Assembly (NCBI GenBank): GCA_030590985.1
Contig: JAUVBX010000001.1
Location: 1 to 52,839, forward strand
Direction: 5' to 3'
Length of the DNA: 52,839 bases
Source of the DNA: Lutibacter sp.
GTDB lineage: Bacteria; Bacteroidota; Bacteroidia; Flavobacteriales; Flavobacteriaceae
Within the stretch, counting starts at the first letter, position 1. Each line of letters starts with the position of its first letter. Below the pieces are notes generated by a model, which saw only the letters and a list, made by a program, of their open reading frames with translations, ran no database searches and was not told the origin of the DNA. The translations under genes and the position numbers were made by a program. Positions 9,660 to 19,194 of this stretch are shown here, one piece after another.

Positions 9660-10686
9660 GTGTAATTTCTCCTCTTAGTGGTGTTTCAAATAGTGTTTTT
9701 AAATCACCATTTGTCTTTTTAGCACTTAGTAAATACATTAGTTTAGTAATAGCAGCTTCTGTAGTGATGTCATAGCCGTTTATCAATCCCATTTTTAATA
9801 ATTCGATACTAGTTTCATATCTTCCTAAACATACACTACCCGCTACACATTGTGTAATATCGATTATTGGAATGCCTTTCTTTAAAGCCTTTTTTAATAT
9901 ATCTAAAAACCATTTGTCAGTAGGAGCATTTCCAGAACCAAAAGTTTCAATTATAATACCATCAATATTTGGCATATTAAAAATATGTTGAATTACATTT
10001 TTATTGATTCCAGGGAAAAGTTTTAACAAAATGATATTATGATTTTGAATTTTTCTATAGATGAGTTTTTCTGGTTTGTTAACTGAAACTAAGTAGGGAA
10101 TATTAAATTTTAAACGGACACCACTTTCTGCTAAATCTGGGTAATTTGGTGAATCAAAAGCTTCGAATTGCTCTGAACTTATTTTGGAAGTTCTATTTGC
10201 CCTATATAGTTTGTATTCAAAATAGATACAAACTTCTGCAATTATGGGTTTATTGTCTTTTTGAGTTGCAGCAATTTCTATAGCTGTAATCATATTTTCT
10301 TTGGCATCAGTTCGTAAATCACCTATGGGTAATTGTGAGCCAGTAAAGATGATTGGTTTCGCTAGATTTTCAAACATAAAACTAATAGCAGAAGCTGTAT
10401 AAGACATGGTGTCAGAACCATGTAAAACAACAAATCCATCGGCATTGTGATAATTTGATTGAATAATAGTGGCAATTTCTTTCCAATGTATTGGATTCAT
10501 ATTGCTAGAATCAATTGGCTTTGGAAAAGCATAAGAATCAATTGTACAATTTAGTAACTTCAGTTCGGGTATTTTTTTGTAGATATTGTCAAAATTAAAT
10601 GCTTGTAAGACATCTGTCTTGTAGTCTTTGACCATTCCGATGGTGCCACCGGTATAAATAATAAGAATATGTGGAACTTTTGCCAT
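9652..10686 (-). CDS. ansA: L-asparaginase, type I (cytoplasmic)
   Basis: 344 aa. TGGTIGM near the N-terminus, HGSDTM, and type I length and architecture. Confidence 0.88.
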   Translation of the reverse strand: MAKVPHILIIYTGGTIGMVKDYKTDVLQAFNFDNIYKKIPELKLLNCTIDSYAFPKPIDSSNMNPIHWKEIATIIQSNYHNADGFVVLHGSDTMSYTASAISFMFENLAKPIIFTGSQLPIGDLRTDAKENMITAIEIAATQKDNKPIIAEVCIYFEYKLYRANRTSKISSEQFEAFDSPNYPDLAESGVRLKFNIPYLVSVNKPEKLIYRKIQNHNIILLKLFPGINKNVIQHIFNMPNIDGIIIETFGSGNAPTDKWFLDILKKALKKGIPIIDITQCVAGSVCLGRYETSIELLKMGLINGYDITTEAAITKLMYLLSAKKTNGDLKTLFETPLRGEITPN

Positions 10687-10781
10687 TTTGTCAACTATAA
10701 GAATTTGGAATAATTTATGCAGTCAAAGATATTGAAAATTAAATATTTTTATACATTTATCAAAATTTAAAATCTATCACT

Positions 10782-11455
10782 ATGTATATTGGATTTGCAC
10801 TATTTGGACTCATTGCTTTGATTGGCTGGATTGTTCAAAGAAAATTAAAAAGTAAGTTTAAAAAGTATTCTCAGATATCTCTCCAAAATGGGATGTCAGG
10901 CAAAGAAATTGCCGAAAAGATGTTATATGATCATGGTATTAACGATGTTCAAGTAATTTCGACTTCAGGTCGTTTAACGGATCATTATAATCCAAAAGAT
11001 AAAACTGTTAATTTAAGCGAAGCTGTGTATAATGAACGTATGCTGCAGCTGCAGTTGCCTCTCATGAAGTAGGACATGCTGTACAACATGCAGAGGCTTA
11101 TTCCTGGTTACAGTTTCGTTCTAAAATGGTGCCTACAGTAAATGTAACTGGAAGATTGGCGCAATTTGCTATTATGGGTGGAATATTTTTAGTAAATACT
11201 TTTCCACAATTATTATTATTAGGCATTATCTTTTTTGCTTTTTCTGTAGTTTTTACTTTTGTTACTTTACCAGTAGAATATGATGCCAGTAACAGAGCAT
11301 TGGCTTGGTTAGATAACAAACAAATGTTAACAGATAATGAGTATGATGGAGCAAAAGACGCTTTGTCTTGGGCTGCTCGTACGTATGTGGTTGCCGCGGT
11401 GGGTGCTTTAGCAACTTTATTCTATTATGTTCTTATTTATGCAGGAAGAAGATAA
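10782..11455 (+). pseudogene. Zinc metallopeptidase (Zn_peptidase_2 / YugP-like membrane peptidase) interrupted by a 1-nt frameshift
   Basis: ORF 10782..11072 ends ...VYNERMLQLQLPLMK*. The frame shared with ORF 11126..11455 is open from 11036 and reads TYAAAAVASHEVGHAVQHAEAYSWLQFRSKMVPT..., so the HEVGH zinc motif (11063..11077) is out of frame with the N-terminus. The total length of 674 nt is one nt short of a multiple of three. Confidence 0.8.
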
Positions 11456-11465
11456 TATATAAAAT

Positions 11466-11502
11466 AAAAAAGCCCATCAATTTAAAACTGATGGGCTTTT
11501 TT
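11466..11502. terminator. Bidirectional rho-independent terminator between convergent genes
   Basis: AAAAA-AGCCCATCA-(9 nt)-TGATGGGCT-TTTTT. 9-bp G+C-containing stem flanked by an A-run and a T-run. Confidence 0.75.
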
Positions 11503-11514
11503 GTTTAGATTCGT

Positions 11515-13323
11515 TTATTTATTAGGAATAGAAATCTGATCTATCTCAATACGTAATAACTGAAGTTTTTCTTTGCTGAAGTTTAATTCAGAAAGAATGG
11601 TAGATTTTGTTTCTTCAAATGTCTCTTTTAGACTGCTAAACATATCTTGGTAATAGTTAATACCTTCTTTAAGGTTACTTGCAAAAGTTACTAAGTATTT
11701 TTCTTGTTTTGAGGTCATTGATGTTTTAGTCTCATCAAATTTGTCTTTTAGATAATCAATATAAATATTGAGTTCTTTTATAAACATATTGGGACGATCT
11801 GTTCTAACAATATTTGATTTCCCATAAATATGACTAGTCATTTCAAATAAACTTTTCAATTTAGAAAAATAGGCCATATTTGGACCTGGACAGACAGAAA
11901 CGCCTTGACCTTCAACTTTAGTTTCAATTTCATTAACTAGCAAAGCAGGTGTTCCTAGACCAACACAAATACAAGCTTTACAAATAATACTCTCAAATCT
12001 GTTTTTATAGTCTTCAGCAGTTAGATTTTCTTTATCTAATTCTTTTATTTTTAAACGTTGGTACTGGCGTGATGCTGTACAGATTGTTTTTTCTGAGAAT
12101 TCATTATTAGAGATTAGGAATTCTTTAGGACACGAACTTCCAGGTCTTCCGTTGTCAATTGCAGTTAATTTTTCAAGATCTTTTGTATTCCCTTTTAGAC
12201 TATTAAAAGGAACTCCTAGCGGTGAAATATTACTTAGGTATAAATCTTTTTCTTCTGCTTTGACCAATTGTTGTAATGTAGTTTCATCTACAGTTGTAGC
12301 TTCTGGTACTAAAAGAAACGGAGAACCCCAACCTACAGAATCAATATTATAATAATCTAAAAGAAAGTTATGCTCTTCACCAGTACCGACACCTCCTTGG
12401 GCAGTAATTTTTAATTCTAAATCATTTTGTGGAACAAGACGTTCTTTATTGACCAAAGCCTTATTTAGTATATCAGATACTTCCTTTATTAAATTTTCTC
12501 TATTTTCTTTAAATTGCTGAAGGATTGGTCCCATAAGAAAGCCATCAGTTGCAAAGGCATGACCTCCACAGTTAAGACCTGATTCAATTCTGTATTCTGA
12601 AACCCACAAACCTTTTTTTGCAAAAAATTTACCTTGAATCAGAGCAGATCTATAATCGCTAACTTTAATGACAATTTTCTTTTTTATATTACCATTTTTA
12701 TCTGGATAGAAATCATTAAAATTTTCCATATAGCCGTATAATCGTGGGCTCATTCCAGCGGAAAGAATAACGGAAGAGGCTAAATCACTTTCTGCAAAGC
12801 CCCTAAGTGCCGCGTGTGCATCGTTAAATTCTGAAGGTAATTTTTCACCTTTTAGATAATTCACTTTGTCAACTTTTGTCATAATATTGACATCAATACT
12901 ACCTATTGATAGGTTGTCTTTTATCCAATTCCCAATTTCTTGTAGATTAGGTACTTTGTCAGTAAAATTATTAAACTCTTGTTTAATTGTAGAAGTATCA
13001 GGAAGCATATTAAAATACTCCATAAGTTCACTACCTTTTTCTAAGGTGCTATTTTTTAATTCTTCGAATTTATTATCTACAATTTTGTTTATTAAATTTA
13101 AATATGATGTAATTCTTTTGGCTCTAAAATCCTCAATTTTATTGGTGATTTCTTGATATGGAATTTCAAATTTTTCCGAATAAACTTTTCGTAGTTTTTC
13201 GAGAAGAATATCGTCTACTAAAGAAATGGCAGAATCAATACCATATTGAGCTACTTTTAGGGGTGAATCTATTGTGTACCCAATACCCATAACGGGAATA
13301 TGAAAGGAATGTGCTTTTTTCAT
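11515..13323 (-). CDS. Uncharacterised 602-aa protein. Predicted FMN TIM-barrel oxidoreductase-like core (FabK/nitronate monooxygenase-like motifs) with a C-terminal Cys cluster and a helical tail.
   Basis: Long ORF with an ATG start. Motifs seen: HIPVMGIG (aa 8-15), ESGLNCGGH (aa 247-255), QGGVGT (aa 309-314), GWGSPFLLVPE (aa 331-341). Cys residues at aa 398, 415, 448, 451, 453 and 478. The functional call is inference only. Confidence 0.85.
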   Translation of the reverse strand: MKKAHSFHIPVMGIGYTIDSPLKVAQYGIDSAISLVDDILLEKLRKVYSEKFEIPYQEITNKIEDFRAKRITSYLNLINKIVDNKFEELKNSTLEKGSELMEYFNMLPDTSTIKQEFNNFTDKVPNLQEIGNWIKDNLSIGSIDVNIMTKVDKVNYLKGEKLPSEFNDAHAALRGFAESDLASSVILSAGMSPRLYGYMENFNDFYPDKNGNIKKKIVIKVSDYRSALIQGKFFAKKGLWVSEYRIESGLNCGGHAFATDGFLMGPILQQFKENRENLIKEVSDILNKALVNKERLVPQNDLELKITAQGGVGTGEEHNFLLDYYNIDSVGWGSPFLLVPEATTVDETTLQQLVKAEEKDLYLSNISPLGVPFNSLKGNTKDLEKLTAIDNGRPGSSCPKEFLISNNEFSEKTICTASRQYQRLKIKELDKENLTAEDYKNRFESIICKACICVGLGTPALLVNEIETKVEGQGVSVCPGPNMAYFSKLKSLFEMTSHIYGKSNIVRTDRPNMFIKELNIYIDYLKDKFDETKTSMTSKQEKYLVTFASNLKEGINYYQDMFSSLKETFEETKSTILSELNFSKEKLQLLRIEIDQISIPNK

Positions 13324-13482
13324 AATTTACTATTTTAATAAATAATACAAATGCAACAATCTGCAGTTATATTAAGTGGACGAAAGTAGTAAAAAGTAAA
13401 TGATATAAGATGTAAAAAAAGTATAAAATTTTCGGTTGAGCTATTTTCTTAATTGCCGTAATTTTAAATTTCTCTATAAATG

Positions 13483-13504
13483 CTAGATTTTTTAAAAAAT
13501 CTAG
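13483..13504. repeat. Perfect 22-bp palindrome CTAGATTTTTTAAAAAATCTAG
   Basis: Read directly from the sequence. It overlaps the stop codon of the Lrp/AsnC gene and lies about 160 nt upstream of the 602-aa gene start. Confidence 0.9.
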
Positions 13505-13965
13505 ATAGTAACTTGTCTATCAATTTGCTGGTCTAATGAAATAAATGTCTCTATTCGTGAAACACCTCTGATTGTTTGTATTTTTTGATCTAATATTCTC
13601 ATGAGGTGTTCATTATTTTTGCAGAGTAATTTAATAAAAATGGTATAATTGCCAGTAGTATAATGACTTTCAATCACTTCTGGGATTTCTTCTAGTTGTT
13701 TTATAGTTTGAGTATATTTACTTGAAGCATCTAAAAAAATTCCCACAAAAGCTAAAGTTTTATACCCTAGTATTTTGGGGTTGATAACAAAATTTGAACC
13801 TTTAATTAATTTAGAGGCTTCTAATTTTCGCAAACGTTGATGTATGGCAGCGCCTGATATACCTACTTCACGGGCTATACCCAAGATAGAGGATCTTGCA
13901 TCTTTCATTAAGTGCCTAAGGATAATTTTATCAACACCATCTATTTGTAAGTAGTTTGTTTTCAC
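13501..13965 (-). CDS. Lrp/AsnC family transcriptional regulator
   Basis: 154 aa. N-terminal HTH (ARSSILGIAREVGISGAAIHQRLRKLE) followed by an AsnC-type ligand-binding domain of the usual length. Confidence 0.88.
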   Translation of the reverse strand: MKTNYLQIDGVDKIILRHLMKDARSSILGIAREVGISGAAIHQRLRKLEASKLIKGSNFVINPKILGYKTLAFVGIFLDASSKYTQTIKQLEEIPEVIESHYTTGNYTIFIKLLCKNNEHLMRILDQKIQTIRGVSRIETFISLDQQIDRQVTI

Positions 13966-14032
13966 GTATTTATAATGTTGTTAATTTCTTTTCATTATGA
14001 AAAAAACTTGTTAGAATATAAGTTATTGATAC

Positions 14033-14065
14033 AAAAAAGGCCATCTTTTCAGACAGCCTTTTTTT
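14033..14065. terminator. Weak A/T-flanked hairpin downstream of accC
   Basis: AAAAAAGGC-(14 nt)-GCCTTTTTTT. Only 3 G:C pairs plus A:T pairs. Confidence 0.4.
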
Positions 14066-14077
14066 GTTAAATTATAT

Positions 14078-15424
14078 TTATTCATCTTTCATACTAAAAG
14101 ACTCCATCAGTTTTGTAGTGTATTTGCCTGAAACAAAATCAGGATAATCCATTAATTTTAAATGAAAAGGAATAGTTGTTTTTACTCCTTCGATAGTGAA
14201 CTCACTTAAAGCTCTTTTCATTTTACAGATAGCATCTTTACGAGTTTCGGCCGTTACGATGAGTTTAGCTATCATTGAGTCATAATGAGGTGGTATACTA
14301 TAACCTGCGTAAACATGAGTATCAACTCTTACTCCATGCCCTCCAGGCATGTGTAGTGTTTTTATAATACCAGGGTTTGGCCTAAAGTTATTATAAGGAT
14401 CTTCTGCATTGATACGACATTCAATAGCATGCATTTTAGGGAGATAATTCTTTCCTAAAATAGGTACACCTGCAGCTACTTTTATTTGTTCATGAATTAA
14501 ATCATAGTTACCAATAATCTGTTCTGTAATAGGATGTTCAACTTGAATACGTGTATTCATTTCCATAAAGTAGAAATTTCTTTTCTTGTCTACTAGAAAT
14601 TCTACAGTTCCCGCTCCTTCGTAACTTATTGATTCTGCTGCCATGACAGCGGCATCTCCCATTTGTTTACGAAGTGTTTTTGTCATGAAAGGAGAAGGAG
14701 CTTCTTCTACAAGCTTTTGATGACGTCTTTGTACAGAACAATCTCTTTCAGATAAATGACAAGCACGACCTTCTGAATCTCCAATTATTTGAATTTCTAT
14801 ATGATGAGGATCTTCAATGAGTTTTTCGAGATACATATCATCATTAGCAAAAGCAGCTTTTGACTCCATACGAGCACCGTCCCATGCGTTTTTTAAATCT
14901 TCTTTTTTCCATACTGCACGCATTCCTTTACCACCACCACCTGCTGTAGCTTTTAGCATTACCGGATATCCCATTTCATCTGCTAATCTTTCTACTTCTT
15001 CATAAGTAGGAATAATTCCGTCAGAACCTGGTACAGTTGGTACTCCAGCCGCTTTCATCGTAGCTATTGCAGAGGCTTTATCTCCCATTTTGTTAATCAT
15101 CTCAGGAGAAGCACCAATAAATTTTATACCATTTTCTTCACACAACTTTGAAAATTTAGCATTTTCTGCTAAAAAACCATAACCAGGATGAATAGCATCA
15201 GCATTGGTTATTTCAGCTGCAGCGATGATATTTGACATTTTAAGATACGATTCATTACTAGGGGGTGGTCCAATACATACTGCTTCATCAGCATATTTAA
15301 CATGTAGACTCTCTGCATCAGCAGTTGAATAAACAGCAACTGATTTTACACCAATTTCTTTACATGTACGTATAATTCTTAGCGCAATTTCTCCTCGGTT
15401 GGCTATTAATATTTTTTTAAACAT
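14078..15424 (-). CDS. accC: Acetyl-CoA carboxylase, biotin carboxylase subunit
   Basis: [20 protein letters not shown]..., ATP-grasp [17 protein letters not shown]. The track ORF begins 9 nt upstream at a TTG (15433). The ATG at 15424 matches the canonical N-terminus. Confidence 0.95.
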   Translation of the reverse strand: MFKKILIANRGEIALRIIRTCKEIGVKSVAVYSTADAESLHVKYADEAVCIGPPPSNESYLKMSNIIAAAEITNADAIHPGYGFLAENAKFSKLCEENGIKFIGASPEMINKMGDKASAIATMKAAGVPTVPGSDGIIPTYEEVERLADEMGYPVMLKATAGGGGKGMRAVWKKEDLKNAWDGARMESKAAFANDDMYLEKLIEDPHHIEIQIIGDSEGRACHLSERDCSVQRRHQKLVEEAPSPFMTKTLRKQMGDAAVMAAESISYEGAGTVEFLVDKKRNFYFMEMNTRIQVEHPITEQIIGNYDLIHEQIKVAAGVPILGKNYLPKMHAIECRINAEDPYNNFRPNPGIIKTLHMPGGHGVRVDTHVYAGYSIPPHYDSMIAKLIVTAETRKDAICKMKRALSEFTIEGVKTTIPFHLKLMDYPDFVSGKYTTKLMESFSMKDE

Positions 15425-15502
15425 AGAAAACAAATTTTAAGTTCAGTCTCGATAGTTATCGGGGGCAGAATTAGCTTTATTGAATTCGAAGTGAATAAAT
15501 AA

Positions 15503-15985
15503 CTACGATGGATCAACTAAAAACAATGGTTGTCCAAATTCAACAGGGGTAGTATCTTCTACCAATACTTTAACGATTTTACCGCTTACTTCAGCTTCAA
15601 TTTCGTTAAATAGTTTCATAGCTTCAATAATACAAACTATGCTGTCATCTTGAACTTCATCTCCAACATTGACAAAAGTAGGTTTGTCTGGCGATGGTTT
15701 GCGATAGAATGTTCCAATTATAGGTGAAGTGATAACGATGTATTTATCATCATCTTCTTCAGCTTCTGTATTATTTGTCGCCTGAGCAGTATTTGAATTA
15801 GTTGCTGCTTCTACCATTGGAAGACTCTGAACAATTTGTTGTGTTGGTAAAGAAGATTGTACTATTGTTTTTTCTTTTGCCGTATTTCGGATATTAATTT
15901 TAATATCTTTCATTTCCAACTTCACTTCATTTACACCAGATTTGGCAACAAATCGGATAAGACTTTGAATCTCTTTTAAATTCAT
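15503..15985 (-). CDS. accB: Acetyl-CoA carboxylase biotin carboxyl carrier protein
   Basis: 160 aa. Ala/Pro/Gln-rich linker and biotinyl-lysine motif [13 protein letters not shown]. Confidence 0.93.
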   Translation of the reverse strand: MNLKEIQSLIRFVAKSGVNEVKLEMKDIKINIRNTAKEKTIVQSSLPTQQIVQSLPMVEAATNSNTAQATNNTEAEEDDDKYIVITSPIIGTFYRKPSPDKPTFVNVGDEVQDDSIVCIIEAMKLFNEIEAEVSGKIVKVLVEDTTPVEFGQPLFLVDPS

Positions 15986-16007
15986 AATATTAGTATTTGG
16001 TTGGTTA

Positions 16008-17006
16008 TTATTTTGTGTTATATGCCCAAGTTAAGTAAATAGCTCCCCAAGAGAATCCACCACCAAAGGCTGCAAATATTATTTTATCTCCTATTTTAAG
16101 TTGTTTTTCGTAGTCATTTAAAAGGAGTGGTAAAGTAGCTGATGTTGTGTTACCGTATTTTTCAATATTTATCATTATTTGACTTTCGTCAAGTTTGATT
16201 AGTCTTCCCGTAGCATCAATTATTCGTTTATTAGCTTGATGAGCGGCTAACCAATCAATATTTTCTTTTTTTAATTGATTTCTTTCAAGAATTTTTTCTG
16301 TTACTTCTGCCATTTTTGATACGGCATATTTGAATACAGTTCGCCCATCTTGATGTACAAAATGTTGACCATTTTTAATAGTTTCTATAGAAGCTGGTAA
16401 TTGTGAGCCTCCTGCAGGTACTTGTAAGAACTCTCTACCACTACCATCAGTTTGCAGCACTTCATCTTGCAATCCATAGCCTTGCATATTTGGTTCAAAT
16501 AAAATGGCTCCTGCACCATCTCCAAAAATAATACAGGTTGCACGATCTGTATAATCAATCATAGAAGAATTCTTATCGGCTCCTATAAGCAAAACCTTTT
16601 TGTATTTACCTGATTCGATATATCGCGCAGCAGTTGACATAGCATATAAGAAGCTCGAGCAAGCTGATATTAAATCAAAAGTAAAAGCATTTGTTGCGCC
16701 AATTTCGGTAGCTGTATATGCTGCCGTTGATGCAGCTTGCATATCGGGTGTTGCAGTTGCTACTATGACTAATTCGATTTCTTTAGGATTAATGTTCGAT
16801 TTTTCAAACAAATCTTTAGCAGCTCTAATTGCCATAAATGAACTTCCTCTTCCTTTCCCTTTTAAAATCCTACGTTCTTTGATTCCAGTTCGTGACAAAA
16901 TCCATTCGTCATTAGTATCTACCATAGTTTCTAACTCGGCATTGGTTAGTATATAATCTGGAAGGTACTTACCTACAGCAGTAATGGCAGCAGAAATTTG
17001 AGTCAT
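16008..17006 (-). CDS. fabH: Beta-ketoacyl-ACP synthase III
   Basis: 332 aa. Catalytic triad contexts SACSSFLYA (Cys), AHQANKRI (His) and YGNTTSAT (Asn). Confidence 0.93.
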   Translation of the reverse strand: MTQISAAITAVGKYLPDYILTNAELETMVDTNDEWILSRTGIKERRILKGKGRGSSFMAIRAAKDLFEKSNINPKEIELVIVATATPDMQAASTAAYTATEIGATNAFTFDLISACSSFLYAMSTAARYIESGKYKKVLLIGADKNSSMIDYTDRATCIIFGDGAGAILFEPNMQGYGLQDEVLQTDGSGREFLQVPAGGSQLPASIETIKNGQHFVHQDGRTVFKYAVSKMAEVTEKILERNQLKKENIDWLAAHQANKRIIDATGRLIKLDESQIMINIEKYGNTTSATLPLLLNDYEKQLKIGDKIIFAAFGGGFSWGAIYLTWAYNTK

Positions 17007-17059
17007 TCTATAGTTGAATTAAATGTCTTTTCAGTAATAATTACTGTGTAAAGAGATGA

Positions 17060-17067
17060 CAAATGTA
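17060..17067 (-). promoter_or_regulatory. Bacteroidota-type -7 promoter box for fabH-accBC
   Basis: The minus strand reads TACATTTG, 53 nt upstream of the fabH ATG and downstream of the rpmF terminators. Confidence 0.35.
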
Positions 17068-17086
17068 AAGTAAAATTTTGATAAAA

Positions 17087-17116
17087 AATGGGCTTTTTAG
17101 TCAAAATTAGCCCATT
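17087..17116 (-). terminator. Second hairpin downstream of rpmF
   Basis: AATGGGCT-(14 nt)-AGCCCATT, flanked by A/T runs. Confidence 0.5.
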
Positions 17117-17132
17117 TTGATGTGTTTTTAAA

Positions 17133-17157
17133 CAAAAAAACCCTCAAAAATGAGAGT
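17133..17157 (-). terminator. Rho-independent terminator of yceD-rpmF
   Basis: Minus strand: ACTCTCA-TTTT-TGAGGGT followed by a T7 run. One G:U pair makes the stem complete only on the minus-strand transcript. Confidence 0.6.
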
Positions 17158-17182
17158 TTTTGGATATTTTATGTTGTAAAGA

Positions 17183-17374
17183 TTATTCTACTTCTGTAGC
17201 ATCAATCAATATTTGACCTCTGTAATACAATTTGCCTTCATGCCAATGGGCACGATGATATAAATGTGCTTCACCTGTTGTTGAATCAGTAGCTATTTGA
17301 GGTGTACTGGCTTTGTAATGAGTTCTTCTTTTATCTCTTCTTTGCTTTGATATTTTTCTCTTAGGATGTGCCAT
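17183..17374 (-). CDS. rpmF: 50S ribosomal protein L32
   Basis: 63 aa, [19 protein letters not shown]... Confidence 0.95.
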   Translation of the reverse strand: MAHPKRKISKQRRDKRRTHYKASTPQIATDSTTGEAHLYHRAHWHEGKLYYRGQILIDATEVE

Positions 17375-17375
17375 T

Positions 17376-17903
17376 TTAGGATTTCTTTGATGTTAATAAT
17401 TCGTTTAATTTATCCCACCTGGGGTCAGTTGTTTTTTGTTCACTAATTTCTAATTCTTTGAGTTTTTCTAATACGTTTGATTTTAATGTACCGTCCTTAA
17501 TTCCTGGATGGATTCTTTTAATTGGTAAAGCCAATACAATTGTTTCATATATGTACTGAGATATATTTAATTGATATTCAGCATGAGGTAAAATAAGAAC
17601 CTCTTCATTATCATCATCAAACAGCTCACCAAATTTTACAATAAGGTTTAGTGAATTACTAATCTTTTCTTCAAATACTACATTTGTAATATCACAGTTC
17701 AAAACTGCTGAACCATCTATTCTAAAATGAAGTTCAATAAGCGTATTCTTTTTTATTAACAATAAATCTACATCACAATTAATAGATTTAAAATCATCGT
17801 ATTTAAAAACATCAAAGAACTTGTTGTCAATATGATAGGAGAAGGAATGATTTCCCAATTTTAATCCCACAAACTGGATGGTATATTTTTGTAAAGTATC
17901 CAT
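17376..17903 (-). CDS. yceD: DUF177 (YceD-like) protein, the conserved upstream partner of rpmF
   Basis: 175 aa, acidic. Ends 1 nt before the rpmF start, which is the conserved gene order. Confidence 0.85.
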   Translation of the reverse strand: MDTLQKYTIQFVGLKLGNHSFSYHIDNKFFDVFKYDDFKSINCDVDLLLIKKNTLIELHFRIDGSAVLNCDITNVVFEEKISNSLNLIVKFGELFDDDNEEVLILPHAEYQLNISQYIYETIVLALPIKRIHPGIKDGTLKSNVLEKLKELEISEQKTTDPRWDKLNELLTSKKS

Positions 17904-17926
17904 CTACCTAGAGCATTTTGAGCCTG

Positions 17927-17934
17927 CAAATTTA
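17927..17934 (-). promoter_or_regulatory. Bacteroidota-type -7 promoter box for yceD-rpmF
   Basis: The minus strand reads TAAATTTG, 23 nt upstream of the ATG at 17903. Confidence 0.4.
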
Positions 17935-18076
17935 GCAAAATATCCTTAAAATAAAACTTTCTACCTAAAAATAAATAATTTAGTAGATATTTTTATATGT
18001 GACACATGTTTTTTATTGGATTTTTTTAATTGTATATTAATCAAAACACACAAATTTCAAATGTTTGTAAAATTGA

Positions 18077-19105
18077 TTAATTTAATGCAGTTTGTTTTAG
18101 ATTAATATTTTCTTTTCTCGTTTTATAGATTGAAATGGCTGTAAAAACAGCTTCTTTAAAAGATGAAGCGTCTGCTTCTCCTTTTCCAGCCAAGTCAAAG
18201 GCTGTGCCGTGGTCAGGTGAAGTACGTATCTTGTTTAAACCAGCTGTATAATTTACTCCTTTGCCAAATGCCAATGTTTTAAAAGGAGTTAAACCTTGGT
18301 CGTGATATGTCGCTAAAATTGCGTCAAAGTTTTTATAATTACCACTTCCGAAAAAACTATCAGCAGGGTAAGGTCCATAGACTAATTTGCCTTCTTTTTG
18401 AATAGCTTCTAAGGTCGGAATAATAATATTTGTATCCTCATCACCAATAACCCCGTTATCTCCAGCATGTGGGTTTATACTTAATACAGCTATTTTTGGT
18501 TTAGTTATACTGAAATCCTGTTGTAAAGTTTTGTGTAAAACATTCACCTTTTTATAAATTAGTTCAGGTGTAATTACTTGTGTAACCTTATCAATTGGGA
18601 TATGTCCGGTTAACAGGGCTACCTTAATTTCATCGGTCATCAATATCATTAATGCTTTTCCTTCAATTTTGCTTTCTAGATATTCTGTATGACCTGGAAA
18701 TCTAAAATCATCTGATTGTATGGTGTTTTTATTAATAGGAGCTGTTACTAAAACGTCAATAGTTCCATTATTTAGATCTTTTACTGCTTCATTGAGCGAT
18801 AATAAAGCATATTTGCCACCACTTTTTGTAGCTTTTCCAAACTCAATAGGTATTTCTTCATTCCAAACATTAATTAAATTAACCTTATTAGGAATAATAT
18901 TGTTTATTGAATGAATTCTCTGAATGGGAGTAGTGATATTTAGTTTATTTTTATGTGTAGAAATTGTTTTGTTTGAAGCATAAATAACAGGGGTGCAAAA
19001 ATCCAACGTTCGTTTATCCGTAAAGGTTTTAAGTATAACTTCTATACCTATGCCATTTATGTCACCTGAGCTAATTCCGACGATTGTTTTAGTAAATTTA
19101 TTCAT
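18077..19105 (-). CDS. pdxA: 4-hydroxythreonine-4-phosphate dehydrogenase
   Basis: 342 aa. GHTEYL, INPHAGDNG, TSPDHGTAFD. Confidence 0.92.
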   Translation of the reverse strand: MNKFTKTIVGISSGDINGIGIEVILKTFTDKRTLDFCTPVIYASNKTISTHKNKLNITTPIQRIHSINNIIPNKVNLINVWNEEIPIEFGKATKSGGKYALLSLNEAVKDLNNGTIDVLVTAPINKNTIQSDDFRFPGHTEYLESKIEGKALMILMTDEIKVALLTGHIPIDKVTQVITPELIYKKVNVLHKTLQQDFSITKPKIAVLSINPHAGDNGVIGDEDTNIIIPTLEAIQKEGKLVYGPYPADSFFGSGNYKNFDAILATYHDQGLTPFKTLAFGKGVNYTAGLNKIRTSPDHGTAFDLAGKGEADASSFKEAVFTAISIYKTRKENINLKQTALN

Positions 19106-19194
19106 AAAAAACTATATTAATATCTATGTCAAAAATACATCAATTTTAAAGAATAATACTCTAAAAAAATAAAATGATTTATTGAAAAAAGGAG

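Noticed and set aside
11036-11072. Programmed ribosomal frameshift as an explanation for the split metallopeptidase
   Set aside because: There is no slippery heptamer or downstream structure at the junction (…AATGAACGTATGCTGCAGCTGCAG…). A simple 1-nt indel, either a mutation or an assembly error, is the more economical explanation.
12152-16956. Antisense ORFs inside well-supported genes, for example 12152..12352, 12866..13156, 14817..15005 and 16600..16956 (118 aa opposite fabH)
   Set aside because: They are opposite strongly conserved coding sequences and have no motifs. Long stop-free antisense frames are expected in AT-rich genes with biased codon usage. The same reasoning applies to 25420..25653, 27331..27636, 30576..30879, 33215..33661, 37225..37664, 38743..39009, 40639..41439, 43094..44356, 46562..46901 and 48229..50263.
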